A stretch of 63,973 nt of DNA, filler included, from a bacterium (GTDB lineage: Bacteria; JALSQH01): the NCBI GenBank assembly GCA_026985515.1. It is 6 parts of 6 records of this genome, joined end to end, with 100 filler letters (N's around TTAATTAATTAA, not from the genome) between each part and the next. Parts side by side here need not be neighbours in the genome. Positions count along the whole stretch, not along the records: positions 21,009 to 41,901 come from JALSQH010000011.1; 5 more parts are not named here. One strand, written 5' to 3'. Of this stretch, positions 29,715 to 39,774 are shown piece after piece (position 1 is the stretch's first letter; the number at the start of each line of letters is the position of its first letter). The notes under the pieces are model-generated. The model was given only the letters and a program-made list of their open reading frames with translations. It had not been told where the DNA came from and did not search any database. The translations under genes and the position numbers were made by a program.

Positions 29715-30632
29715 TTATTTTTTTGAAATTGGTTCACCAATCTTCACCAGACCCGTTTCAGTTATTTCAAGGAATCTTGTTTTTGTGTCATGTCCCGACA
29801 TCCTGCAACCATCTATCCTGAACAATCTAACTATTTCACCCACCTCCTTTCCATATGTCTTTGCCTTGTAAGCAGAATCTATCAGTTCCTTGGCAAGGAC
29901 CATTGAGCCATCCACAATGTGACTCACCGCATATCCGCCAGCTGCCTCTGCAGTCAATTCTTCATGACCGCTCCTCTTCTGTGAAATGAAAAGGGCAGTC
30001 TGATACCACTTTTTCATGAAGTTAAACAACCTTCTGACCACCGCCCTTGCCATCATTTCTTTATTTTCATATAATCCCGTAACTGAATCTATCACCGTGA
30101 ACTTCACATTGTAATTCTTTATTACATAGGCGAGTGTTGAGAGCAGATCGGGTAAATTCTCCCTCAAAACACTATTGGAAGCTGCATCTATGAGAATGAT
30201 ATTATCCTGAATTTTATCAAAATCTATCCCTAAAGCAGCTGCTCTCAATTTCAGAGAAGCAATCACAAAGTTGGCAGGTGACTCAACTGTTATGAAAGCA
30301 ACCTTCTTTCCTTTATTTGCCTGAAATACTGTGAACTGTTCCACCATAAGTGATTTGCCAGTATCAGAGACACCTGTTAAATTGAAAACAGAATAGGCAG
30401 GGATGCCTCCAAGAGGTTTTTTAACCACCTTTTTACCCTTAACTTCAACGGTAAAAAAAAGTTCATCCAGCCCCTCGATACCCGTCTCCACTCCATACAC
30501 CTCAGGGGCCTTTTTCAGCGCCTCGCTTCCTATTAGAATACTCTCCTCAATTACTCTGCCCTTCCCCGACAATTCCTTCTTTTCCTCTTCAAAATTGTTC
30601 TGATGTTCCTTTTCAAATTCCTTTTTTTCCAT
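29715..30632 (-). CDS. Single-domain KaiC-like ATPase, AF_0795 family
   Basis: TGIEGLDELF, Walker A TGVSDTGKS, VIDSVTG, SQKRSGHEELTAEAAGGYAVSHIVDG. Confidence 0.85.
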   Translation of the reverse strand: MEKKEFEKEHQNNFEEEKKELSGKGRVIEESILIGSEALKKAPEVYGVETGIEGLDELFFTVEVKGKKVVKKPLGGIPAYSVFNLTGVSDTGKSLMVEQFTVFQANKGKKVAFITVESPANFVIASLKLRAAALGIDFDKIQDNIILIDAASNSVLRENLPDLLSTLAYVIKNYNVKFTVIDSVTGLYENKEMMARAVVRRLFNFMKKWYQTALFISQKRSGHEELTAEAAGGYAVSHIVDGSMVLAKELIDSAYKAKTYGKEVGEIVRLFRIDGCRMSGHDTKTRFLEITETGLVKIGEPISKK

Positions 30633-30797
30633 GACTCACCTCCCACTCTAAAATATAAACAGAGTACTACGAAAATCAATGACTTTCCTCTTATTAAATC
30701 CTGAGGTATAATTCCCCCATCATCCCCATCATGTATTTTTAAGAATCTGGGATGTAGAAGAAATTTATTATAAACCCTTCCGCACTTTCATAAAGAT

Positions 30798-30927
30798 GTA
30801 ACTAAAAATTTATAAAACATAATCTTACATCATGTCGTTATCCTGATGGTAACGGAAGTTATGATGCTGATATACAGGTAAAAAAGCCAAACGGTGGACT
30901 AAGCAGATTTATACTTGAAGATTTAGG
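30798..30927 (+). repeat. Dispersed hairpin repeat family, copy B (degenerate)
   Basis: GTAACTAAAAATTTAT...CGTTATC-CTGAT-GGTAACGGAAG...GATGCTGATATACAGGTAAAAAAG...CAGATTTATACTTGAAGATTTAGG aligns with copies A and C. Confidence 0.65.
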
Positions 30928-31000
30928 CTTATTCTGGTTAAGACCTCGCCTCCACCAAGATATATATGTTAATCAGGACTTCTTCTAAATCAACATACTT

Positions 31001-32695
31001 CTATCTGTTGTTTATCACTCCGTCCCCATATCTAGCAAAGAGGTCCCACTCAAAAACTATTTTATATGGATCCGCTGTTTCAACTATACTCTTCGGCAAA
31101 ATAATCCCCTCCACAACATAAACAGGAAACTTATACTCATAACCAATAATTATTACTCCATCAGGAGAATCAACATATCCGCTTCTCCAGTAATTCTCAC
31201 CATTGGAAGCAAAAACAATATGAAGAATCCCCTGCGAATCAGTGTAAGCCCCTACAGGCTGAAAGAAGAAGAATGCGCTTTGTGAAAGCTGAAAATCAAA
31301 GGGTCTAAGATACAAAACAAGTATTACATCCCTTGAAAAATCAACTCCAAAAGTTGCTGGATTCACGTAAGTATCAAATCCAGGATTCCAATCCATTGGA
31401 GACTCTATTATCAAGTATGTGGCATGAAAATAACCCCGTAGCAGGTAATGTCTGGTGCCATCTGAAAAAGGCTCTCCAGCAGTAGTATTTCCAAAAATAT
31501 AGCCTAAGTCACAGCGAAAGTGAAATCTTGACCCTTTAAAAAGATCACCATATGTACTCCCACAATCCAGGTTATCCCTATTCCACCAGTTAAAACCTTT
31601 CTCAACAAAAAATAAGGTATTGTAAACACCTTCGGTGAGCGAGGTATTATAAATTTCTTTATAATAATTTCCCACCTTTTCAACTCTACCTAGTCTAAAT
31701 TTAAAAAAACGCGGATCTCCCATAAGCACCCTGTCCATTTCCATGGCAATAGTAGCATTGCGAGAATATATTTCTATCATCCTCTCCTCAAGTGGAATAA
31801 GAGGGACATTTACCACAGATGTACCACCCTTAAGAAATTTTTTCTTTTTAACACTGACACATACAGTGTTACTTGGACCGCTGCTTCCGTAAATATTGAT
31901 GGCAAGTACTCTGTAACAGTAGGAACCCCCTGTAACTGGATCAAAGTAAGATCCAGAAACAGGGATAAAATCTATGACCTCAAAATCTTCATCTTTTTTG
32001 CAATTTGAAATTGTATAATCACATCTCAATATTTCAAGAGTGGTAGCAAAGGGAAATGTTTTAGCCGATTCAGGATAATCAATACTCCCACTGAAATACT
32101 CAGGTATGAATGATGGAGGAGAAATTACCCGTGGGAAGAAGAGGGTAACACCATTTTTGCTTGCTGTTGCAGTGATAGGAGATAGATTCGCTGCAGGTAA
32201 TTTTCTATCAATTAAAAAGGAATCTGGACCATATCCAACGATTCTGAGGAGATTATACATTCTTGTCTCTGATGTAACTCCCTCAGAATTCCATTGAGTA
32301 ACATACACATAGAAAATATCGGCTCCGTTGGTTAGACAAGCTCTTCCCAGAAAATCCCCACCTTTATTTCTAACATCCCAGCAATTCCCAATGAAACCAT
32401 GAGCAGGTGATGCTGAATCTATGAAATAGTTCAGGTTTGATGATACTTTAATACTGCTTCCTACATCACAGTCTGGACAATCTCTACGGTAAATATAGTG
32501 CTCTCCATTATCTCTTTTCCAGGAAAGAATTACCTGCCAAGGAGAAACAAACTGGAAATTGAAAGTAGAGGAAGTAATTCCCTTTGAATAGGAAGAGATA
32601 CTCTTTTGAGCTGGTGGATTACTTCCTGTACAACCAATACACAAAAAAATTTTGATAATAATTAAAAGGGAAAAATACCTTTTATAAAAAGACAT
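31001..32695 (-). CDS. Hypothetical lipoprotein with FN3-like repeats
   Basis: Lipobox CIGC; YCYRVLAINIYGSSGPSNTVC is an FN3 C-terminal signature. Confidence 0.65.
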   Translation of the reverse strand: MSFYKRYFSLLIIIKIFLCIGCTGSNPPAQKSISSYSKGITSSTFNFQFVSPWQVILSWKRDNGEHYIYRRDCPDCDVGSSIKVSSNLNYFIDSASPAHGFIGNCWDVRNKGGDFLGRACLTNGADIFYVYVTQWNSEGVTSETRMYNLLRIVGYGPDSFLIDRKLPAANLSPITATASKNGVTLFFPRVISPPSFIPEYFSGSIDYPESAKTFPFATTLEILRCDYTISNCKKDEDFEVIDFIPVSGSYFDPVTGGSYCYRVLAINIYGSSGPSNTVCVSVKKKKFLKGGTSVVNVPLIPLEERMIEIYSRNATIAMEMDRVLMGDPRFFKFRLGRVEKVGNYYKEIYNTSLTEGVYNTLFFVEKGFNWWNRDNLDCGSTYGDLFKGSRFHFRCDLGYIFGNTTAGEPFSDGTRHYLLRGYFHATYLIIESPMDWNPGFDTYVNPATFGVDFSRDVILVLYLRPFDFQLSQSAFFFFQPVGAYTDSQGILHIVFASNGENYWRSGYVDSPDGVIIIGYEYKFPVYVVEGIILPKSIVETADPYKIVFEWDLFARYGDGVINNR

Positions 32696-32697
32696 TT

Positions 32698-35352
32698 TTA
32701 TCCCCCCGTTACTGTTCCGTTATAATATTGTTGTTTTATTGCTGTTATACAATTTTGACATTCATCAGAATGCATGGCATCTTCCCATCCACTTTCTAAA
32801 TAAATGTTAACGCAAACCGAACAGTTTTCATTTTCTTGAAGTTGATTTCTATATTCCGACAAATTAAGCATCTCATTCACACAGGCATGACAGTTTTCAG
32901 TATCATAATTCTCATTATTAATATCATCTTCGCACAGATCACAAGGGTCGTTCGTCATTGGTGGATCTTTACACTCCCAACACCAGGGACAGAACACCGG
33001 GCCCGCAATGTAGCAGGGGATCCCGCATATTATTGGAAAATAATGAAAGTGCCAACTCAAAGAATATAATTCCACTCTAAAAGCCCTGTCAGGTGGATCT
33101 AATAAAAAAGGAAATACTACAGGATCATCAGGAGGTAAATTCCCATGTTCGTTCGTCCAAATTCCTATATTAAGAACATCAGTAGATTTCCAGTTAGAAT
33201 AATGACCTATTTGTAATGTAAATTCACGCTTACTGCCAGCAGTCAAAACCATAATATTTTCATTAAGAATAGAAATGTTCCATCCTTTTTGAAGCAAATC
33301 AAATCCATTAATTGGCCTGACGACAATATATCCAGGCCTTTCAGCATCAGAAGAAGTAATCTCATTATGAAAAGTAAGTGTCAAGTGTTTAGTAACAAAT
33401 TTCCTTCCATATGTACATCCAATTACTATTCTGTTCCGTGTAGCACTTACTTCTATATTAGGAGGAGCTGGAACAACACTACTAGTAAATGCACTAGACC
33501 ATGCATTATAAGCATCAACAATTCCACTTCCCCAGCAGGATGAAGGATCACCATTAAAATAAACCCCAGGGACTTTTCTGGCAGTTTTTTTCAACAACTT
33601 TTCTGCTTCAGCAGGTGTTAAGCCTTTTACCAAACTGAAAAGACCTGCTGCTATTCCTGACACCATAGGGGCAGCACCAGAAGTGCCTGAAAAATTAGCT
33701 ATGAAAGCATCTATAGACATACCATCTTGAATAAGTAAACTTTCAGCTTTTTTCGATAATTGATAACAATCAATTGTTACTTTTTCTCCATCAAGAAAAT
33801 AAGAACAATCAACACCTCTCAACGAAGTATTCACTTTTTTTATACATCCATCAAATTTTTCATCCCAAATGGTCATTCCCGTATCACCTGAACGGGACCA
33901 TACATTATGAAAAACATCTAAAGCCAAAAAGCCTGGATTTTTTACTTGACCCCACCAAGTATAATTATAATTGTTATCTTCACATCCACTTATACCCCAC
34001 CCTGTTGGTGCAGCAATGTCAATTTGGATCCCAGAACTTGAATAAAGGTAAATTCTTCCATCAGGCCTAGCAGCAGCAACAACAACATTACCTGTTACAT
34101 CATACCAATACTTTTGCGGGATCGCTACTGAATCATCTCCTCCATTAAGACAGTCTGTATTATAGTTATCAGGACTATAAGACCCTCCTTCATTGCCAGC
34201 CGCCCATACAATTAGTGCTTTCGTCCCTATTTGGGCTAAATCACCTTTTCTATCAAACCATAATTGTTCTGGTATTCCTCCATCACCTAAAAGTCCCCAT
34301 GAATTATTGATAACTTTCGCTCCCTTTGAGACTGCCCAAGCAAATGTATCAATAATAGTGTCTATTGATTGAATATTATGTAACTTTATAGGTATTATCT
34401 TCACATTATCCCATAATATCCCAGCTAACCCCTTTCCTCCATCCTCAGTAGGACCTTTTGCACCAATTATACCAGCCACTGCTGTGCCATGAAAATTGTC
34501 GTAAGGGGGCCAATCAATATTTGTATTTGAAGGTTCTTCAGAATAATTCGGATCTGGACACCCACATGTTACTGCTAATGTCCAAAATTCATGATCATAG
34601 GAATTAATGCAATTACTTCTATCTACTTCAAATACACCACAACCATCAATTAATTTTCCACTTAGTTCAGGATTTGTTCCATCCACTCCCGAATCTACCA
34701 CTGCAACAGTCACAGGCAAAATGGAATGATATATATTACTTCCAGTATATAGAAACTTCCAACCTGCCAGCACTCTGGTTTCGCCAGGATAGAGGTCAAT
34801 GTCATTCTTAAGATACCACTGTTCAGTAAGAAGTTTCGTTGTCCTATGGTAAGTATTTAAAAAAGTAGATATTTTACCTCCAGCATATCCGTAGGAATTA
34901 AACCAAACACTAAAAGATGGTCTTAAACTGATAATTCCTGGCACACCACTTAAGACCTTAATCAGCGTTACAATATATTGCATAGTCAAAAAACCTTCTA
35001 ATTTTTCAGGTGACAAATACAATTCTTTATAATCTGTGGAATTGAAATACTTAATCACTTCAAGGACAAATCCAAATTTTCGGGCAATCAAAGAGATATA
35101 ATTAAAATTCTCCTCAAAATCCCTTACATTAATTTTTACAAAAATCAGGGGCCAAATAGAAGAACTTGGAAAAGAAGTATTGTCAATTAATGGTGTTATC
35201 CAAACAGCATTTAATTGACTTAAGATTCTATAAATATACATTAAATCAGTAGTAACGTTGTTATCCACTTTATGGTATCGGTACAGAATGTATTCCCCAT
35301 AAACAAACTTATAGGGTAATGAAAAATCACGCTTATAACCTTCCTGCACCAA
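32698..35352 (-). CDS. S8 subtilisin-like serine protease (downstream part of frameshifted gene), Cys-rich C-terminus
   Basis: VAVVDSG (Asp), HGTAVAG (His), AAGN, SGTSGAAP (Ser); no signal peptide or RBS of its own. Confidence 0.85.
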   Translation of the reverse strand: MVQEGYKRDFSLPYKFVYGEYILYRYHKVDNNVTTDLMYIYRILSQLNAVWITPLIDNTSFPSSSIWPLIFVKINVRDFEENFNYISLIARKFGFVLEVIKYFNSTDYKELYLSPEKLEGFLTMQYIVTLIKVLSGVPGIISLRPSFSVWFNSYGYAGGKISTFLNTYHRTTKLLTEQWYLKNDIDLYPGETRVLAGWKFLYTGSNIYHSILPVTVAVVDSGVDGTNPELSGKLIDGCGVFEVDRSNCINSYDHEFWTLAVTCGCPDPNYSEEPSNTNIDWPPYDNFHGTAVAGIIGAKGPTEDGGKGLAGILWDNVKIIPIKLHNIQSIDTIIDTFAWAVSKGAKVINNSWGLLGDGGIPEQLWFDRKGDLAQIGTKALIVWAAGNEGGSYSPDNYNTDCLNGGDDSVAIPQKYWYDVTGNVVVAAARPDGRIYLYSSSGIQIDIAAPTGWGISGCEDNNYNYTWWGQVKNPGFLALDVFHNVWSRSGDTGMTIWDEKFDGCIKKVNTSLRGVDCSYFLDGEKVTIDCYQLSKKAESLLIQDGMSIDAFIANFSGTSGAAPMVSGIAAGLFSLVKGLTPAEAEKLLKKTARKVPGVYFNGDPSSCWGSGIVDAYNAWSSAFTSSVVPAPPNIEVSATRNRIVIGCTYGRKFVTKHLTLTFHNEITSSDAERPGYIVVRPINGFDLLQKGWNISILNENIMVLTAGSKREFTLQIGHYSNWKSTDVLNIGIWTNEHGNLPPDDPVVFPFLLDPPDRAFRVELYSLSWHFHYFPIICGIPCYIAGPVFCPWCWECKDPPMTNDPCDLCEDDINNENYDTENCHACVNEMLNLSEYRNQLQENENCSVCVNIYLESGWEDAMHSDECQNCITAIKQQYYNGTVTGG

Positions 35353-36265
35353 AAAAAATCAACGTCATCCGAAGAATAATCTGATGGCATCCAAAATTCC
35401 AGGTAGTTACCGTTCAAAGTAATAGAAATATCATCCTTTCCAATTCGAAATGTGGTCATCAACTTGTCTGGAAAGGTTCTTACGAAATCGCTTCTATAAA
35501 TAAAAATATTGCTACCAACAATAGAAATTTCATTTCCTATCATTTTACCAACATATTTATTTTTTCCGTGAACTTTTATCTTATTTGACCAAGTATTTAT
35601 AAATAGAGTGTTATTTCCATCTATAGCTACTTCATTAGAAACAATCCAACTATCTTCTAGGTTAAGATGATTCATTCCCTTTATAACGACATGATCTCCC
35701 ACTAAAATTACATTTTTTCCATTTACATTCGCATTTTTCAGTATTAAATTTTTTATGTAATACACCCCATCTTGAATATAAATGTTTCCACTCAATATTA
35801 CTTTGTTGCCAAAGATATAAGCATTTTCTATATCAGATATATTTTTACTCATATCTCGCGCTATTGGAATAAAATTGTCTACTTGAGGCAAAGGACAGGA
35901 CTGCGAGTCATATTTATAAAAATGACCTATCACATTATTAAAGCCCCTTTCAACCAGCCCACCTTCACTGCTCACCACAATACTTCCACTTATGGTATTT
36001 CTCCCTTTTAATTTTACTACATAACGAGCATAAACATCTGCATACCCATTTCCTTCTCCTTCTACATCGTTATTGCCAATTAAATTCAACCTATTACAAG
36101 TTAAAATACTAAATCCATCATTAACGCTTGATAAAATTTTCTTCGGCAACAAGGAAGAATACACCATCGATTCTGCTATTACTGGTACTGTTCCTATGGA
36201 GAAAAAAATTAAAATTACTAATGAATGAATGAGAAGATAACCCTTTCAAATTTAATACTTTTCAT
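35241..36265 (-). pseudogene. 5' part of the subtilase gene (signal peptide + beta-helix-like domain), frameshifted twice
   Basis: RBS AAAGGAGG + ATG 36265 stops after 15 codons at (TCAT)3; next frame is open past 35352, where a T8 tract separates it from the S8 frame. Confidence 0.7.
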
Positions 36266-36406
36266 GCCACCCTCCTTTTATCCATTCTCAATTATATCTT
36301 GACAGAAAAATTTTTATTTGTCAAACTTTAACACTTGTTAAATCAGATAGTTAGGATATTCAGCTTCAGATTGGACTTTCTTGTTTGTTTATTCATATCA
36401 TTTTCC

Positions 36407-36570
36407 CCCAAAATCTCAATTAAGAGATTTTGGGTGACTAAAAATTTATTATTTTTAAAAAAATACCTTATATTCTGCCGTCACCCTTTAGGTGACGGCC
36501 GTGATGTGCTGATTTACATGGATAAAAAGACAGATGATGGATCAACCAGATTTCTATTTGGGAATTTTGG
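36407..36570 (+). repeat. Dispersed hairpin repeat family, copy C
   Basis: CCCAAAATCTC-AATTAA-GAGATTTTGGG identical to copy A; GCCGTCACC/GGTGACGGC (36477-36499); tail ...CAGATTTCTATTTGGGAATTTTGG. Confidence 0.85.
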
Positions 36571-36581
36571 GTTTCTCCCCC

Positions 36582-36628
36582 TTGACTTTTTGATCCATTT
36601 CCATTAAAGTATAAGTGGTACGACCACT
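36582..36628 (+). promoter_or_regulatory. Sigma70 promoter with FadR-type operator
   Basis: TTGACT-17 nt-TAAAGT, then palindrome AGTGGT-ACG-ACCACT (36614-36628) matching the FadR-subfamily TGGTnnGACCA consensus. Confidence 0.8.
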
Positions 36629-36646
36629 ATACCTCTGGAGGTTTTT

Positions 36647-37384
36647 ATGGAGATTCTTGAAAAAATCAATCCTGTCAGACCATCCCGTATATCTGATGCA
36701 GTTTTTAACTTCCTCATTGAGGAAATCCTTCTGGGCAACATCAAACCGGGCGAAAAAATTCCACCGGAGAGGGTTCTCGCTGAAAAATTTTCGGTCCACA
36801 GAAACAGTGTGAGGGAAGCACTTAAGAAACTTGAAATGCTTGGACTTGTGGAGATTCGTCATGGAGAGGGTACATTTGTGAGTTCCCTCACAGACAGAGG
36901 AAACATTCTGCTTCTGGAATACATAATGCAGAACCCGGATGTGGTAACAATAAAAATACTGAAGGACCTCATAAGAATGAGAGAAGTACTCGAATGCGAC
37001 GCAGCAATGGAAGCTGCCATCAACAGGACAGAGGAAGATCTTGAAATAATGGATGAGATCCTGTATCAGGAGGCCAAACACATAGCAGATCCACCCTATT
37101 TCACCACTCTCGATTTTCAATTCCACAGGGCCATTTTCAAAGCATCAAAAAACATAGTTCTGCAACTGATGCTGAACTCCATCAAATCAACCTACACAAC
37201 CTTTACCGGCATCTTTTTCTCTGATCCATCAGTAATTCCATATGTGCACCAGAAGCATGAAGAGCTTTATCTGGCCGTCAAAGAAAAAAATCCCGACCTA
37301 TCAGTTGAAATTATGAAAGAACTTCTCAAACATGGGGAGGAGCATCTCCTCAAAAAACTGGAAGGAGGAGAAGAAAATGGCTGA
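36647..37384 (+). CDS. FadR/GntR-family transcriptional regulator
   Basis: PGEKIPPERVLAEKFSVHRNSVREAL wHTH; FCD domain DFQFHRAI. Confidence 0.92.
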   Translation: MEILEKINPVRPSRISDAVFNFLIEEILLGNIKPGEKIPPERVLAEKFSVHRNSVREALKKLEMLGLVEIRHGEGTFVSSLTDRGNILLLEYIMQNPDVVTIKILKDLIRMREVLECDAAMEAAINRTEEDLEIMDEILYQEAKHIADPPYFTTLDFQFHRAIFKASKNIVLQLMLNSIKSTYTTFTGIFFSDPSVIPYVHQKHEELYLAVKEKNPDLSVEIMKELLKHGEEHLLKKLEGGEENG

Positions 37385-39773
37385 AAAATCAACTGTTGAA
37401 ATATGGCAGCCTTCAGAAAAGCTGCCACCAAGGATAAAAAAACTGCGGGATGAATATTTCTCTTTCTACAACCGGGACTATTTCAGAAATGAGGTGAGAG
37501 CCTACACAACAGGAATGCCGGGAGATCCCGTATGGTCACCTCACAACTGGGGGGTCGTACCCGAACTGTTTCCCTTCATGCGGGGAATGTTTGATGCACT
37601 CAGAGCAATGGCTGAAAAGGTGGAAGTTCCCGCTGATTTCTGGAAACACACGATAGCTTACAGAAGGGGCCTTTTCTTTAAAATAGTGCTTGAAAAGTAT
37701 CTCCCTGTCAAAATCCTTGATGGAGAATTAATTGTTGGTTCCTATTTCAATACCGCCCTTTCCAAGGTCCTGACCCCGAAAGAACAGAAAAGGTGGTACA
37801 AAAGGGAATTCAGATGGCTCAAAAAGGTGGAATTTCTCAATGAAGTGGGTATTGGAAACACAGGGGCCATCCCTGGACACATAATTCCTGATTATCCCCG
37901 GGTACTGAAAATGGGAATGAAGGGAATAGTGAATTACATCAGGATGGAAATGAAAAAGGAGAAGGACAGGGAGAAGAAAGAGTTTCTCGAATCAATGATT
38001 CTCGCCCTTGAAGGGGCCAGAACCTTATCAGAACGATACAGCTGGGAAGCAAGAAGGCTTGCAAAGAGGGAGAAAGATCCACAGAGAAAAGCTGAACTGG
38101 AGGAAATTGCAAGAATAACAGCAAAAGTTCCCTGGGAGCCAGCAGAGACATTCTGGGAAGCCCTGCAATCTCTCTGGTTCACCCATATGCTTGTTATGGC
38201 AGCAGAATCTTACCCCGGAGCAGGGCTCTCATACGGCCGGTTTGATCAGTATGTTTATCCCTACTTCAAAAACGACATTGAGAGTGGGAGAATCACAAAA
38301 GATTTTGCAAAAGAACTCCTCATGGCTTTCTGGATAAAACACAACTATGTTTACGATTATCAGGGAAGAGTGGGACAGAATCAGGGAATTAATTCAGGTT
38401 TTGGACAGCTGATGACCCTCAGCGGAATGGGTCCCAATGGGGAAGATATGACTAATGAACTGACCTGGCTCATCTTTGATGTGATTGAAGAGATGAATAT
38501 GCTTGAGCCCAAACCAAACATCAGGGTCCACAAAAACACCCCTGATGAAGTTCTGAAAAGAATCACCAGAATGGTTCTGAAGACTCAGGGGTCACCCTTT
38601 CTGATAAACTTTGATGAACAGGCAATAAAGGGGCTGCTCTGGCAGGGGATGCCTGAGGATGAGGTGTGGAACTATGCACCTGTGGGATGCCTGGAAAACA
38701 CCTTTCAGGGTAAGGATAGATCAGGCACAGTTGATGTGAACATAAATCTTTTAAAGGCAATTGAACTCACCATGTTCAACGGGATAGATCTGAGAAGCGG
38801 GAAAAGAATAGGTTTGAAAACTGGTGACCCCAGAAAATTCAAAAACTTTGAAGAGTTCAAACAGGCATTTTTAAAACAGTTAAAGCACATACTGGATATG
38901 CTCCTTGAAGCAGCCATGGAAGCTGACGCAATAAGGGCGGAATTTGAACCAACTCCCTACCTCTCTGCACTGGTTGAAGGCTGCATAGAGAAGAGAAAAG
39001 ACGTGACAGCGGGAGGACCGGTTTACAATTTCATCACAGTGGAAGGTATCGGACTTGCCAACACTGCTGATTCTCTCACAGCTGTTAAGAAACTTGTCTT
39101 TGAAGAAAAGAAAATCTCCATGGATGAGCTTATTCACCATCTCAAAAACAACTTTGCCGGAAGAGATGGGGAAAGAATAAGACAGATTCTCATCAACAAG
39201 GCTCCCAAATATGGCAACGATAACGACGAAGCTGATCAGATGGCAAGATTTGTCTCTCAATTCTGGACGAGGTATGTTTTCACGAAAGTAAGCCCGGCTA
39301 CAGGGCGGAGATTCCGTGGTGGCTACCTCTCATGGAATTACTGGATTGCCTATGCACCAAGTACGGCTGCCACTCCGGATGGGAGGAGGCAGGGAACATT
39401 CCTTGCCAATGCCATCGGACCTATCGACGGAATGGCCAAAAAGGGACCCACAGCAGAGGTTTTATCTGTGGGTAAACTCGGTCTGGAAACGGCACCAAAT
39501 GGAGATTCTCACACCATGAATTTCAGTCCAGCCATGCTGAGAGATGAGGAGCACATTGAAAAAATGGCAAATTTTCTCCGAACATACAATGAACATGGAG
39601 GGACTGCTCTTCAGATCAACATTATAGATGCTGATACACTCAGAGAGGCGCAGAAACATCCGGAAGAGTATCAGAATCTTCTGGTAAGGATAACTGGCTA
39701 CAACGCCTACTTTGTAATGCTCGGAAAGGAAATGCAGGATGAGATTATTGCAAGAGAGTCTCACAAACTATAA
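37377..39773 (+). CDS. Glycyl radical enzyme (PFL2/dehydratase-like clade), substrate unknown
   Basis: GRFDQY, active-site loop PVGCLE (single Cys), glycyl loop LLVRITGY; RBS GGAGG before ATG 37377. Confidence 0.92.
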   Translation: MAEKSTVEIWQPSEKLPPRIKKLRDEYFSFYNRDYFRNEVRAYTTGMPGDPVWSPHNWGVVPELFPFMRGMFDALRAMAEKVEVPADFWKHTIAYRRGLFFKIVLEKYLPVKILDGELIVGSYFNTALSKVLTPKEQKRWYKREFRWLKKVEFLNEVGIGNTGAIPGHIIPDYPRVLKMGMKGIVNYIRMEMKKEKDREKKEFLESMILALEGARTLSERYSWEARRLAKREKDPQRKAELEEIARITAKVPWEPAETFWEALQSLWFTHMLVMAAESYPGAGLSYGRFDQYVYPYFKNDIESGRITKDFAKELLMAFWIKHNYVYDYQGRVGQNQGINSGFGQLMTLSGMGPNGEDMTNELTWLIFDVIEEMNMLEPKPNIRVHKNTPDEVLKRITRMVLKTQGSPFLINFDEQAIKGLLWQGMPEDEVWNYAPVGCLENTFQGKDRSGTVDVNINLLKAIELTMFNGIDLRSGKRIGLKTGDPRKFKNFEEFKQAFLKQLKHILDMLLEAAMEADAIRAEFEPTPYLSALVEGCIEKRKDVTAGGPVYNFITVEGIGLANTADSLTAVKKLVFEEKKISMDELIHHLKNNFAGRDGERIRQILINKAPKYGNDNDEADQMARFVSQFWTRYVFTKVSPATGRRFRGGYLSWNYWIAYAPSTAATPDGRRQGTFLANAIGPIDGMAKKGPTAEVLSVGKLGLETAPNGDSHTMNFSPAMLRDEEHIEKMANFLRTYNEHGGTALQINIIDADTLREAQKHPEEYQNLLVRITGYNAYFVMLGKEMQDEIIARESHKL

Positions 39774-39774
39774 T

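Noticed and set aside
29715-30632. Circadian clock kaiC
   Set aside because: Single domain, no kaiA/kaiB, motifs fit the AF_0795 family
25010-36607. Hairpin repeats as Fic pseudogene fragments (translate to HPLDGGR, YPLGNGR, HPLGDGR, YPDGNGS); short ORFs 25010-25192 and 36335-36607
   Set aside because: Resemblance to HPFxDGNGR is short, flanks are not Fic-like, frames have stops, and changes preserve base pairing rather than codons
37377-39773. Pyruvate formate-lyase (pflB)
   Set aside because: Lacks the adjacent Cys-Cys pair; activase has a ferredoxin insert typical of non-PFL GREs
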